DNA of 64,000 nucleotides from an uncultured Desulfobacter sp. (GCA_963665095.1 OY762069.1:4416001-4480000); one strand, 5' to 3'; positions 30,200-40,169 are shown, numbered from the stretch's first letter. Notes: generated by a model not told the origin, from the letters alone. Made by a program: numbers and translations.

Positions 30200-32226
30200 T
30201 AGAAAGAAAAACCCACCTCTGCATAATATGTGGTTCCCGGATCTTCATACATGTACATGGTCCGGTACTCCTCGTCAAACAGGTTGTCGATGCCTAAAGA
30301 CAAATCAATCTGTTTAATGAAACCCTTGTTAATCATAAAATGCTTTGTGCCCTTTAAATCAACCACAACAGACGCATCCATCATTAGATCTTCGCCGTTG
30401 CTGTTGGTTTCAGTGTTGGCATCATTGGAGTACTGCTTGCTCAGGTACCGGACGCCGGCGGAAACTCCGAAATTGCCCGGCTGATTGTAAATCACATTAA
30501 AGTTAGCCTTATGCTTGGGGCAGAAGGGCAGGTAGTTACCTTCAATGCTGGCGTCTGAGGGGTTGTCGGAAATCGTGGCCTTGTTATAGGTGTAATTTGC
30601 TTTCAGTGTCCAGTTGTCCGTAAGATAGTACGCCAGAGAGAATTCCACGCCGTAGGATTCGCTTTCACCTATATTTTTGTTCACCCAGACGTTGGAAGCA
30701 TCAAACCAGGACATGATTTTATCTTTTGTATAGCTGTAGAAACAGGTTGTCGTTGACTGGAATCTGTTTCCGAACCACTTGTCTGCACCGATTTCAAAAG
30801 AGTTGGTGGTCTCCGGTTTCAGATCGGGATTTGCCACCCGGGGGCTTCCGCCCGATGTGCTGTTATTATAAAGCTGGTCCGGTGTGGGCGGTGTAAACCC
30901 CATGGCATAACTGCCCCAGAAAGAGGTGGCACTATCAAGATTAAAACGGATACCGGCTTTGGGGCTGATATTGCTGTCAGTCCGGTCACCAGGATCCGGA
31001 TTAGAATATTTATCAAAATAATTGTCATAATTTTTCCAGTGGTCATATCTGGCCCCCAAGGTCATCACCCATTTGTCTGTGATATTCCAGACATCCTGAA
31101 GATATCCTGCCAGGGTTTGAACCTTGTACTCAAGCCCGTAGTTATAGGATGACGTATATCCGGTCAGATCTGTATACTCTTGATCGGTACTCTGATTATT
31201 AAAAAAGAATCCTGATGTCAGGGTATGGGAGCCCCCCAGACGAAAGATGCCCTGGAGTTCCAGGGGCGTTTCCTCAAGATCCATATTCCTTTTCCGGCTC
31301 GGATCATAATTCGTCCCCCCTCTATCATAAAGATGAAGGTAATCATCTTTCCGGTAAGCGGCATAGGCACGCAAATGAATCGTATCTCCGAGATCCTGGT
31401 TCAGAGTCAGGGCAGCCATGTTGTAATCCCAGTCCCCACCGACATTTGGACGACCCCTTGTATATTGGTTGTTCATATAACTATAGAAAAACTGTAGCTG
31501 GGTCCGATCTGTAAAATCATACCCTGAGTTGACGGTCACCCCCCGTTTGTCATAATCACAGTCATCAATCATGTGAATACTTGCATTGACATTATTTTCC
31601 ACAACATTGGTTCCATCAGACTCTTCATAAAAACCGGCCAGGGCAATATTAAATTTGTCAAATTCCCCTTCCGTGGCAAGGGAACCTCTGTAGTGGTCAA
31701 AGGATCCATACCCGCCTTTTATTGTTGTCTTAGGAACCTTCTTGCCTTGTTTTAAAATGATATTAACAACACCTCCGGCAGCATTAGCACCGTAAAGGGC
31801 AGAGGCAGGCCCCCGGATGATTTCTATCCTGTCAACCATTTCAATAGGAATCGCCTGGGTAATCTGCCAGTCTGTAGGAATGCCGTTTACCAGACCAATT
31901 GTGCCGCCGCTGCCAACCCCTCGAATATTGGCATTGGCAATAAACGGCGCATACGCCCGCCGCAGCGTTATTCCGGCCACGTCTCGGAGTGCGTCGCCAA
32001 TATCCTGATTGGGGAAGTTCTGGTTACTGAGTTGCTCTGCATGAATAATTGTCACAGATGCAGGTACATTTTTAACAGAAGTTTCGTATTTGGTTGCTGT
32101 TACAGTGACCTCTTCGAGTTGGCTGGCTTTTTTTGAGTCTTCTTCTGTTTCAGCAAAGACCAAACTACAGCTGCCAAGCAGGCAAACTGTCCAGATGACA
32201 GATAATACCCATGTCATTTTTTTCAT
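30199..32226 (-). CDS. TonB-dependent outer-membrane receptor
   Basis: Signal peptide; TonB box LEEVTVTAT; plug RIEIIRGPASALYGANAAGGVVNII; NPDLKPE; DNLFDEEY; C-terminal Phe. Confidence 0.93.
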   Translation of the reverse strand: MKKMTWVLSVIWTVCLLGSCSLVFAETEEDSKKASQLEEVTVTATKYETSVKNVPASVTIIHAEQLSNQNFPNQDIGDALRDVAGITLRRAYAPFIANANIRGVGSGGTIGLVNGIPTDWQITQAIPIEMVDRIEIIRGPASALYGANAAGGVVNIILKQGKKVPKTTIKGGYGSFDHYRGSLATEGEFDKFNIALAGFYEESDGTNVVENNVNASIHMIDDCDYDKRGVTVNSGYDFTDRTQLQFFYSYMNNQYTRGRPNVGGDWDYNMAALTLNQDLGDTIHLRAYAAYRKDDYLHLYDRGGTNYDPSRKRNMDLEETPLELQGIFRLGGSHTLTSGFFFNNQSTDQEYTDLTGYTSSYNYGLEYKVQTLAGYLQDVWNITDKWVMTLGARYDHWKNYDNYFDKYSNPDPGDRTDSNISPKAGIRFNLDSATSFWGSYAMGFTPPTPDQLYNNSTSGGSPRVANPDLKPETTNSFEIGADKWFGNRFQSTTTCFYSYTKDKIMSWFDASNVWVNKNIGESESYGVEFSLAYYLTDNWTLKANYTYNKATISDNPSDASIEGNYLPFCPKHKANFNVIYNQPGNFGVSAGVRYLSKQYSNDANTETNSNGEDLMMDASVVVDLKGTKHFMINKGFIKQIDLSLGIDNLFDEEYRTMYMYEDPGTTYYAEVGFSF

Positions 32227-32369
32227 CTTTTTTCTTCCTCTTTTTAAATTGTTGTTGTTTCAATAGAAAGCTGATGTGTTAAAAACATGCGCTTTCCACA
32301 TATGTTGCGTGCAGATTAAGGCCAAACAAATGTTGACAGGCCTTAGGTGCCAGCATCCTGTATTCCAAT

Positions 32370-32419
32370 AAAAAAGCCACGAAAGCACTTCCAAGAGAGG
32401 AAGCATGCCTTCGTGGCTT
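32370..32419 (-). terminator. Strong intrinsic terminator in the 5' leader of the TonB/ABC operon
   Basis: Minus strand reads AAGCCACGAAGGCA-tg-CTTCC-tctctt-GGAAG-TGCTTTCGTGGCTT-TTTT, about 145 nt upstream of the ATG. Confidence 0.8.
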
Positions 32420-32635
32420 ACTTATTATCTAATACTTACCAGGAAAAGGGCAACCTGACTAAACACGTTACCCGCTTAAATTTCGCCTGGACGCTTCGCC
32501 TATCCAAGGGCGCATTTTTCACGTGCAAGGTTGATATTGCACAAATTTATCACTCCAGGATGGGCAGTTAACTATCATCCGCCCTTATTAGGGCAGTTAT
32601 ATTCATTTTCTGCTTCAGCAGAAAGTTAGATTTAG
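32420..32635 (-). ncRNA. Candidate cis-regulatory structured leader (unclassified riboswitch/attenuator)
   Basis: Multiple hairpins and mutually exclusive CCAGG/CCTGG pairings between a candidate promoter (TTGACT-17-TATGCG, 32670-32642) and the terminator. Confidence 0.5.
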
Positions 32636-32784
32636 ACAACTCGCATAACATGATGCTTTTTTGAAGTCAATTGAGAATTAATTTCATTAGTAAGCCGGTG
32701 ACAAATCAACCAAAGAGGTGTTTTGTTTTCACATAACCAAATTACAGAAAAGAAAACCCTTTAACCTGCCGATCCTTCTCAAAC

Positions 32785-32815
32785 TAACAAGCCCCGCTGA
32801 AAGCGGGGCTTGTTA
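32785..32815 (-). terminator. Terminator hairpin after the TRAP permease
   Basis: TAACAAGCCCCGCT-gaa-AGCGGGGCTTGTTA perfect 14-bp stem. Confidence 0.75.
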
Positions 32816-32850
32816 ACATACGAATACTTAGGGAATGAACAACTGTTGTA

Positions 32851-34782
32851 TCAGGCGCGTGCTTTCTTTAACCACCCGGAAATCTGACCGAACCAGATCC
32901 CACTTAACAAGTAAGCATAGGAATATGTACCAACAATGATCAAGATAAAGGCTTTTACGATGTCCATGGTACTGCCGTCCAGACTGAATGCGGGCACATA
33001 GCCAAAGAGAAACGGCCCCAGATAAAGGAACTTGGCAAATTTAAAGGATGCAAAAGCTGTTCGCCACATATTGGCATTGGCAATGGTCGCCCCGGCAAAA
33101 GCGGCGATGCAAACCGGCGGAGTAATATTGGAGTCCTGGGACAGCCAGTAAACGATCATATGTGCGGCCACCTCGTTCACCCCCAGATGGGTGAGGGCCG
33201 GCACAGCCACCACCGCTGTAATCAGGTAGGCTGCCGTTACCGGGACCCCCATACCCAGAACCAGGGAGGCCAAGGCGATTAGAAAGATGGTCAAAATTAG
33301 GGACCCACCGGCCAGTTCGATCACGATGTCAGCAAAGGTCAGAACCAGGCCACTGTAGGTCAGAACACCGATAATCACGCCAATTACCCCCACAGTGGCC
33401 CCGATTTTCAAACTGCTGGTGGTGCCTGTACGGCAGGCATCTACAAACTGGGTTAATTCGGTTTTCAAATCGGCGCCTTTAGATCTTCTACGCAGCGCCA
33501 AGATAACCGAAAATATAAGACCGTAAACCACTAAAAGGCGCTCAGAAAACAATTTTTTCACCGATGCAATGGCTTCAGCCCCCATCATAGCGGTTAATCC
33601 ATGCATCAGCCAGGTGCCTGATAAGACAAAGGCCATGACCCATACAATAGTAAGGTCAATTTTGGTCTCATCTCCTCCCTTGAAACTGATTGCCACGCAG
33701 GTAGCCAGGCCCAGTATTGCTGAATATCCCGGAGAGTACCCTGTGAGCATGAAAATAGTAATTACCACCAGGGGCAGAATGTAGATCCATTCCTCCCTGA
33801 GAATCTGCATGGCCGGCCTTGGTGAGCGTTCACCCACAACGTTGTATTTTTTTGCTTCCCAGTGAACCATCATATAGACACTGAAAAAATACATAAATGC
33901 CGGAAATATGGCGATGAGCATAATTCTGGAATAGGGCAGGCCGGTCATTTCAGCCATGATGAATCCGCCGGCGCCCATGATAGGTGGCATGAACATGCCG
34001 CCTATGGAGGCTGCCGGCTCAATGCCGCCGGCAATATGGGGCCTGAATCCGGCTTTTTTCATCATGGGAATGGTGAAGGTACCGGTGGATACAGTGTTGG
34101 CGATGGCACTACCTGAAATGGAACCGAACAGTCCGCTGGCAATCACTGACACTTTGGCCGGTCCGCCCACTTTATGGCCTACGGCAGCCAGGGGCCAGTC
34201 AATAAAAAACTTCTGAGCCCCGCATTTTTCCAGAAAGGCACCAAACAGAACAAACAGAACTACATAGGTCGCCAGAACATTGGCCATAATACCGAAAACG
34301 CCGTCCCCTTTGTAAAAAAGGCTGGTACACAGGCCCGGCAGAGTGTCACCGGCATGTGCAATGAGATCCGGCATATGGGCGCCGTACATCCCGTAAAGCA
34401 GGAAAATCACACCCAGAATGACAAAGACGTTGCCCACCACCCGGCGGGCAACTTCGATGCCAATCAGGACCCCCACCACGGCAACCCACTGGTCCACCAT
34501 GTTTTCTGCACCGGTGCGGTAATTGATGGCTTCAAAATTGACAATCCAGTATCCCACCGAAACGATGGAAAGCACGATCAGCAAATAATCAACAACCCGC
34601 ATGACCTTGCTTTTTGATTTATAAAGCAGAAAGCAAAGAATATAGGTGATGATTACATAAATACCGCGATGGTATTGCAGATTAGCCGGTTCGACCACTG
34701 CGGACCAGGAGTAAAACAGAACCAGCATGACAGCCAGAATATCGAAAATAATTTTTTCGATTCTTATTAAATTATCATACAT
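32851..34782 (-). CDS. TRAP transporter fused 4TM/12TM permease (TAXI type)
   Basis: GGPAKVSV, GSISGSAIAN, ASIGGMFMPPIMGAGGF, LGMGVPVTAAY, ITPPVC. Confidence 0.93.
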   Translation of the reverse strand: MYDNLIRIEKIIFDILAVMLVLFYSWSAVVEPANLQYHRGIYVIITYILCFLLYKSKSKVMRVVDYLLIVLSIVSVGYWIVNFEAINYRTGAENMVDQWVAVVGVLIGIEVARRVVGNVFVILGVIFLLYGMYGAHMPDLIAHAGDTLPGLCTSLFYKGDGVFGIMANVLATYVVLFVLFGAFLEKCGAQKFFIDWPLAAVGHKVGGPAKVSVIASGLFGSISGSAIANTVSTGTFTIPMMKKAGFRPHIAGGIEPAASIGGMFMPPIMGAGGFIMAEMTGLPYSRIMLIAIFPAFMYFFSVYMMVHWEAKKYNVVGERSPRPAMQILREEWIYILPLVVITIFMLTGYSPGYSAILGLATCVAISFKGGDETKIDLTIVWVMAFVLSGTWLMHGLTAMMGAEAIASVKKLFSERLLVVYGLIFSVILALRRRSKGADLKTELTQFVDACRTGTTSSLKIGATVGVIGVIIGVLTYSGLVLTFADIVIELAGGSLILTIFLIALASLVLGMGVPVTAAYLITAVVAVPALTHLGVNEVAAHMIVYWLSQDSNITPPVCIAAFAGATIANANMWRTAFASFKFAKFLYLGPFLFGYVPAFSLDGSTMDIVKAFILIIVGTYSYAYLLSGIWFGQISGWLKKARA

Positions 34783-34795
34783 GAATCACCTGCTG

Positions 34796-35773
34796 CTATT
34801 TCAAGAGACCTTTTTCTTTCCAGAATTTCTCAGCACCCGGATGCAAGGGGGTTGCAATACCTTTGAGGCCTTTTTCCAGAGCCATGGCTTTAAACGTTTT
34901 CTTTTGGGAAACCATCCAGGCAAGGCCCTCGGGCGTGTAAACGGCCTTAAGCATATCATAGACCAGGTCATCCGGTGCCGTGCTGCTTGCCACCAGCAAG
35001 GTTGTATCGCGCCAGGAGTTGACATCTTCTGTGATTCCCCGGTAACGGCCATCGGAGGTGGGAGTGGCAAATTGTTCGAAGTTTTTATATTTATCATAAA
35101 AACCATACTTTTTGGCATCTGCGTCCAGGTCCACCAGAGCGATGTCATTCATAGTAGCTGCCTGGATGACCGCAGGGCTCGGATAGGCGGTAAAAAGCCA
35201 GAGTGCCTCCACCTGGTTGTTGCTTAAAGCATCAGCACCAGCATTGTAGCTTATGGCATTGCGCTCAATCTTGTCCCATACGCCCAAGTGAGTAAAAAAC
35301 ATTTCACAGTAAGAAAAAGCACCTGATCCGGCCGGACCTACAGCCACCCGTTTGCCAACAAGATCCTTGACGCTTTTGATTCCTGATCCTTTTAAAACTA
35401 CCAGCTGAGCCGGAGCCTCGTATAGGTAAGAGACCGCCATTACATTGGTGTATTTTTTGGGATCATTAACCATGAGACCCTCACGGCCGGCAAACACATG
35501 CCCGGAGTAGACTGTTCCGAAGTGGGCCTTACCTGAGTCAACTTTCCTCAGGTTTTCAGTTGAACCGCCTGAGGACTGTACCTTGATATTATAATTTAGA
35601 GCCTTGATCGGTTTATAGGTGGCCATGGCCTGGCCTACAATCTGGAAGGTGCCGCCTGCCGGTCCTCCGGCAAAAATGATTAGTTTTTTTGCACTGGCAG
35701 TGGGAACAATGGTCAAGGCCAGCGCTAACACCAAACTTACGCTAAGCAATAAGGGCAGAAATCGTTTTTGCAT
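34796..35773 (-). CDS. TAXI family TRAP solute-binding protein
   Basis: Signal peptide; GGPAGGTF, SGGSTENL, DLVGKRVAVGPAGSG, PLHPGAEKFWKE. Confidence 0.93.
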   Translation of the reverse strand: MQKRFLPLLLSVSLVLALALTIVPTASAKKLIIFAGGPAGGTFQIVGQAMATYKPIKALNYNIKVQSSGGSTENLRKVDSGKAHFGTVYSGHVFAGREGLMVNDPKKYTNVMAVSYLYEAPAQLVVLKGSGIKSVKDLVGKRVAVGPAGSGAFSYCEMFFTHLGVWDKIERNAISYNAGADALSNNQVEALWLFTAYPSPAVIQAATMNDIALVDLDADAKKYGFYDKYKNFEQFATPTSDGRYRGITEDVNSWRDTTLLVASSTAPDDLVYDMLKAVYTPEGLAWMVSQKKTFKAMALEKGLKGIATPLHPGAEKFWKEKGLLK

Positions 35774-35852
35774 AATGGTCTCCTTTAAATGATGTTAATA
35801 AAATAACTATTTATGTATCGAGGCCAATCAGATATTTCAATTAGACGATTTC

Positions 35853-35889
35853 TGATTCTCATGTAAGAAAAATTCTTACATGAGAATCA
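35853..35889. promoter_or_regulatory. Perfect 17-bp inverted repeat upstream of the TAXI gene (operator candidate or hairpin)
   Basis: TGATTCTCATGTAAGAA-aaa-TTCTTACATGAGAATCA; core TGTAAG-N7-CTTACA. Confidence 0.6.
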
Positions 35890-35978
35890 AAAGCGTTTTC
35901 CAACAGCCTCAGAGCCCTAAACTTCTGACTGTCTGCAGCCAAGATTACGCAAAAAGTACAAAAACAAGATGGCAATAC

Positions 35979-36572
35979 TCAATCAAGCAAAACAAGCCCA
36001 GCGATAATTCCCATGGGATTTTTTTCAGGATCAGTACCCTGGGTTATAATTTTCATTTCCCAGCCGATATCCTTTGACAGCTTTAAAAAATTGATTCCAA
36101 TCGCTGACATGGACTGCCTGGCTTTATCAGGATTTCTGCAGGTACCGTTCTCGTGTAGCACCCGGCAGAAGTGATGGTCCGCACAGAACACCTCTTTGCA
36201 TGATCCACCGGCAAATCCCATGGCCCGGGAATAGCCTTTTTCACGTGCAGTTATTTCCAGCAGGGCAGCAGTTTCCTGAATCAGGCCGAGCAGGAGAAGC
36301 CGCTCATTTCCCAAAAGTGCAGATGTGGGGACATCATATTTGAAAACCAGAGCGTGTTCATAACTTTGAATCATGGCTGCAAACCACCCCGGCCCTTTTG
36401 CATGGGGAGGGCAACTCATGGATAATCCATAACCGGAACAGCCAGGATCTTTGCAAAAGGCTGCAAACTTTGGATCTACCGGAATTTTCTCCGTTGGAAT
36501 GATCACGACATCGCCAACACCTTTTTCTCTGGCCATGACCAGAATCTCTTCATAAGCATCCGGATATTTCAC
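35979..36572 (-). CDS. DUF2284-like predicted metal-binding protein
   Basis: C...C..YG..SCPP, FAGGSCK..C....C......CRNPDKARQSMSAIGI. Confidence 0.75.
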   Translation of the reverse strand: MKYPDAYEEILVMAREKGVGDVVIIPTEKIPVDPKFAAFCKDPGCSGYGLSMSCPPHAKGPGWFAAMIQSYEHALVFKYDVPTSALLGNERLLLLGLIQETAALLEITAREKGYSRAMGFAGGSCKEVFCADHHFCRVLHENGTCRNPDKARQSMSAIGINFLKLSKDIGWEMKIITQGTDPEKNPMGIIAGLVLLD

Positions 36573-36807
36573 TTATTTTTCTCCCACGCCGATTCAATCT
36601 CATACACCACACACGCTAACAAGTATGGCCGGAATATAAACGCTGTATAAATTAAGATAACAATAAAGCAGCTAAAAAATCAACTCTCTTGATTTGGAAC
36701 AATCCATTCGTAAGGGATATATAAATAACAGGTTGCACGCCTTGATAATTTACGTCATATTGTCTTTGTTTGATTCACGGCACTAACCAAATTCAAAGAA
36801 GATCCGG

Positions 36808-37278
36808 ATGGACAACTACAACGCTATTATTGATTCCTCCATTGGCTATCTTGTAGGCCGCTTATCTCGTGCAATTATTAAAAGGCTGTCCAAAAAATTT
36901 CAAGATGCCGGAATGGGCGTCAGTTATGAACAATGGAGTATTCTTGTTCATCTTTACCGCCAGGACGGACAGACACAGCAGGCTTTAGCACGGACAGCCG
37001 TCAAGGACAAAGCTGCCATCACCCGTCTTTTAAATGGCCTTGAAAAAAAAAATATAGTTCTTCGTATTCCTGACCACAGTGATAAACGCAGCAACCTGGT
37101 ATATCTTACCAATAAGGCCAAAGAGCTTAAGCCTCATCTTGTTGGTTTCGTTGAAGAGATGCTCCATGAAGCCGAGCAGGGAATTGATCCGGAAGAGATG
37201 AACCAGTGCCGGATGACAATCAATAGGATATTTGCTAATTTTGATCGTTTAAATAATCCGATATCTTCCGATAAATAG
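36808..37278 (+). CDS. MarR family transcriptional regulator
   Basis: EQWSILVHL, TQQALA, ITRLLNGLEKK, DKRSNLVYLT. Confidence 0.9.
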   Translation: MDNYNAIIDSSIGYLVGRLSRAIIKRLSKKFQDAGMGVSYEQWSILVHLYRQDGQTQQALARTAVKDKAAITRLLNGLEKKNIVLRIPDHSDKRSNLVYLTNKAKELKPHLVGFVEEMLHEAEQGIDPEEMNQCRMTINRIFANFDRLNNPISSDK

Positions 37279-37316
37279 CCGTTTAACTTTCATAGTCTTG
37301 AAAAAATAATTGTCAT

Positions 37317-37955
37317 CTAAAATTCCACTAGGCTATTTTGAATAGCAAATCTTGATATATCCGCATTGTTCCGCAGGTTCAATTTTTTAAGAAGCCGGGC
37401 TCTGTAAGTATCTACCGTTTTAATCGAGATATTATATGCTGTTGCAATTTCCCGGTTGGTACTCCCGGCCGCAAGCTTTCTAAGTACCTGGAGTTCTCTC
37501 ATGGAGAGACTTTCTATGGGACTTTTTCCCTTGCTTCCCCTAATAACCCTTAATGCAAGCGCTTCACTGGCTTTTTCAGTAAGATATCTGCCCCCGGAAT
37601 ATATCTTTTTCACAGCTTCGACCAGTTGCTCCGGTGCAGACTGTTTTGTCACATACCCCATTGCCCCTGCCTCTATGGCCCTGATAACATATTGCTCTTC
37701 TTCATGCATAGTAAGAATCAGCACAGGAATATTTGGACAATAGGCAGACATTCGGCTGACCACCTCAAGTCCGTCCATTCCAGGCATGGAAATATCTATT
37801 ACGGCAACATCCGGGCGCTCAGTCAAGGCTTTATCAAAAGCGGTTTCACCGTCAGGCGCCTCTGCTATAACTTTGATATCACTATCCTCTTCCAACACCT
37901 TTCTTAATCCTTCACGGACAATGCTGTGATCATCAGCAAGCAGTACTTTTATCAT
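37317..37955 (-). CDS. NarL/UvrY-type response regulator
   Basis: LADDHSIVREG, DISMPG, LTMH, LSMRELQVL...ISIKTVDTYR LuxR HTH. Confidence 0.93.
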   Translation of the reverse strand: MIKVLLADDHSIVREGLRKVLEEDSDIKVIAEAPDGETAFDKALTERPDVAVIDISMPGMDGLEVVSRMSAYCPNIPVLILTMHEEEQYVIRAIEAGAMGYVTKQSAPEQLVEAVKKIYSGGRYLTEKASEALALRVIRGSKGKSPIESLSMRELQVLRKLAAGSTNREIATAYNISIKTVDTYRARLLKKLNLRNNADISRFAIQNSLVEF

Positions 37956-40080
37956 TATAATCTCCTAAGCTGACTTTACAGGAAATCTGCGTCCCTTTAC
38001 CCGGCTCCGAATAAATGGTTAATTTTCCGCCGGCAAGACCTGCCCTTTCTGTCATGCTTTCAAGCCCAATACCCGGGACTGTACCAGGGTTGCCCAGATC
38101 AAACCCAACCCCGTCATCTTCTATGATCAGAATGATGCCTTTGGTGTCTATATTTAATTTAACGATGATTGTCGTTGCATTTGAATGGCGCAATGCATTG
38201 GTCATTGCCTCCTGGCAAATTCTGTATAGAGCGGTAGCAATTGCTTTGTCAAACACAGGAATTTCATCGTGTTGAAATACACAGGAAACATTGCTCCGCT
38301 TTTCAAACTCCAAAACCATGCTTTCCAAGGCATCGACTAAACCCAGATCATCCAGCACTCTTGGTCGCAGTCGGTATGCCATCTGGCGAACATCCTGAAT
38401 AGTGCCTTCTATCAATGCCCCCATCTGATCAGCCCGGCTATATGCTTTGGCGTCTATGCTTAACAGGTATTTTTTTATCCAAAACGCGTCAATGCGGAGT
38501 GCGGTAAGAACTTGTCCCAAATGATCATGCAACTCCCTTGCAATTAACTCTTTCTCTCTCTCCTGAGAGGCAATAATATTTTTAGATAAATTTTTCAGTT
38601 TTGCCTGCGCAATTTCCAGTTGAGCCGTTCTCTGCCGTACCTGTTTTTCCAAATCAAGAGAATACTTTGACAGAGCCTCTTTTGCTTTTTCAAGGTCTTT
38701 TTGAACCAGGTTTTTATCTGATATATCAACACTTACAGCCAGTGAACGCAGGATTTTACCATGGCCGCCCCTTAATGCACAGCAGGACAGTAACGTATCC
38801 ATTGTTTCACCGCTTTTTTTGACATAGGTATAGGGAATATCTTTACAGAATCCTGTTGAGAAAAACTTTGGTAGGTTTATTTTATTGGCAAAATTTTTTG
38901 ATTCCTCTGTAAAAAACCTGGTTAAATGCTCCCCTATAACTTCTGACCGCCTATATCCCATAACTTCTACCCAATGATCCGAAACATGGATAATCCTTGC
39001 TTCAGTATCAATGGAATGTAACATAACAGGTGTCTTATGGTAAATTTCCCGATATCTTTGTTCCGACTCTTTTAATTTTTTTTCTACTTCTCTCCTCCTG
39101 ACAAGCTCATTGGATGCCATGCGATATAAAATAAAAACCAAAATACCGGCCAGAATTGACACAGAGATTACAATGGAACCAATAAGCTGAATTAACGGCT
39201 GAGTTACATCCTTATGGATTTTCTTCTGATCCCGTAGATGGATAAGATGCCAGTCAGGATAATTTTCTGATATAGGAAGAACCGTACAAAGAAAACCTTT
39301 CCCGGAACTATCTATCATTTTGTCATTACTTTTTCTCTTGAAACCTGCCCAGGCCCATGGTCCATTCCCAAATTGACGGGAACCGACGAGAAGATTCAAT
39401 ACATCTTCCGTGAGTGGATGCATTAGCTTAAATCGGTACTCCGGCACATTTGACATGAAGATAAGGCCTATTGGGTTACAAAATAATAAAATTTCCTCCT
39501 GATCCATCATTAGCGTAGATTCCAGAAACTCCACCGATGCTTTAATTACTGCAACACCTATTATTTGCCCTTTTCTCTTACTGCCTATAACCGGATGGCT
39601 GAAATACACCCCTCGCTTATTCGAAGTTGTTCCAAGAGCAAGGTAAGTTGCCCCCTTTCCCTGTAACGCGTTTTGATAATAGGGTCTGAAAGAGAAATCT
39701 TTCCCTACAAAACTGTCCGCCGCATTTCGATTTGAGGAACAAAGTGTAATCCCTTCCCGGTCAAGCAGATAGGCGACATCAAGGTCCATGGTCGCGGCAA
39801 AAAGATCAAGCAGTTTATTGGCCCTGTAAATGGATTCCAGGTTCGTATGTTTCAATGCATTTACAACTTCTTTTGTTACGGATAAGGTTTTTACGGGCTT
39901 TACATGTTCCGATAAATGCATTGAAACCTGCCGGGCCAAAAGGTTTAAATTTGCACGGGCATCGGACTCTCTTTTTTCGAACACGGCCTCTCTGTAAGAA
40001 TAGTAATACAGCCACCCCCCGGCAGAGGCAGATAAAAAGGCAAAAACAGACAATATAATAATGATTAATCTTAAACGCAT
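37933..40080 (-). CDS. Sensor kinase: DctB-like dCache + PAS + HisKA_3/HATPase
   Basis: SSNRNAADSFVGKDFSFRPYY (DctB-like), PAS, IARELHDHLGQ, LYRICQEAMTNALRHS, DDGVGF. Start at MRLRLII. Confidence 0.88.
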   Translation of the reverse strand: MRLRLIIIILSVFAFLSASAGGWLYYYSYREAVFEKRESDARANLNLLARQVSMHLSEHVKPVKTLSVTKEVVNALKHTNLESIYRANKLLDLFAATMDLDVAYLLDREGITLCSSNRNAADSFVGKDFSFRPYYQNALQGKGATYLALGTTSNKRGVYFSHPVIGSKRKGQIIGVAVIKASVEFLESTLMMDQEEILLFCNPIGLIFMSNVPEYRFKLMHPLTEDVLNLLVGSRQFGNGPWAWAGFKRKSNDKMIDSSGKGFLCTVLPISENYPDWHLIHLRDQKKIHKDVTQPLIQLIGSIVISVSILAGILVFILYRMASNELVRRREVEKKLKESEQRYREIYHKTPVMLHSIDTEARIIHVSDHWVEVMGYRRSEVIGEHLTRFFTEESKNFANKINLPKFFSTGFCKDIPYTYVKKSGETMDTLLSCCALRGGHGKILRSLAVSVDISDKNLVQKDLEKAKEALSKYSLDLEKQVRQRTAQLEIAQAKLKNLSKNIIASQEREKELIARELHDHLGQVLTALRIDAFWIKKYLLSIDAKAYSRADQMGALIEGTIQDVRQMAYRLRPRVLDDLGLVDALESMVLEFEKRSNVSCVFQHDEIPVFDKAIATALYRICQEAMTNALRHSNATTIIVKLNIDTKGIILIIEDDGVGFDLGNPGTVPGIGLESMTERAGLAGGKLTIYSEPGKGTQISCKVSLGDYNDKSTAC

Positions 40081-40153
40081 AAATCGTACTATAAGATAAT
40101 TTTCTGTTTTTAAGCAACGGTATTTGATAAAAATGACATTGACTTGTAACAAT

Positions 40154-40169
40154 TGTTTCACATGAAACT
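40154..40169. other. parS-like site
   Basis: TGTTTCACATGAAACT versus consensus TGTTTCACGTGAAACA (2 mismatches); intergenic once the kinase start is placed at 40080. Confidence 0.65.

Noticed and set aside
32420..32635. Calling the TonB leader a cobalamin or FMN riboswitch
   Set aside because: Only fragmentary resemblance (AAGGG, AGTCAGG). The GGGAA, CCCCGC-ACTGT and GACCTG B12 core and the FMN core are absent.
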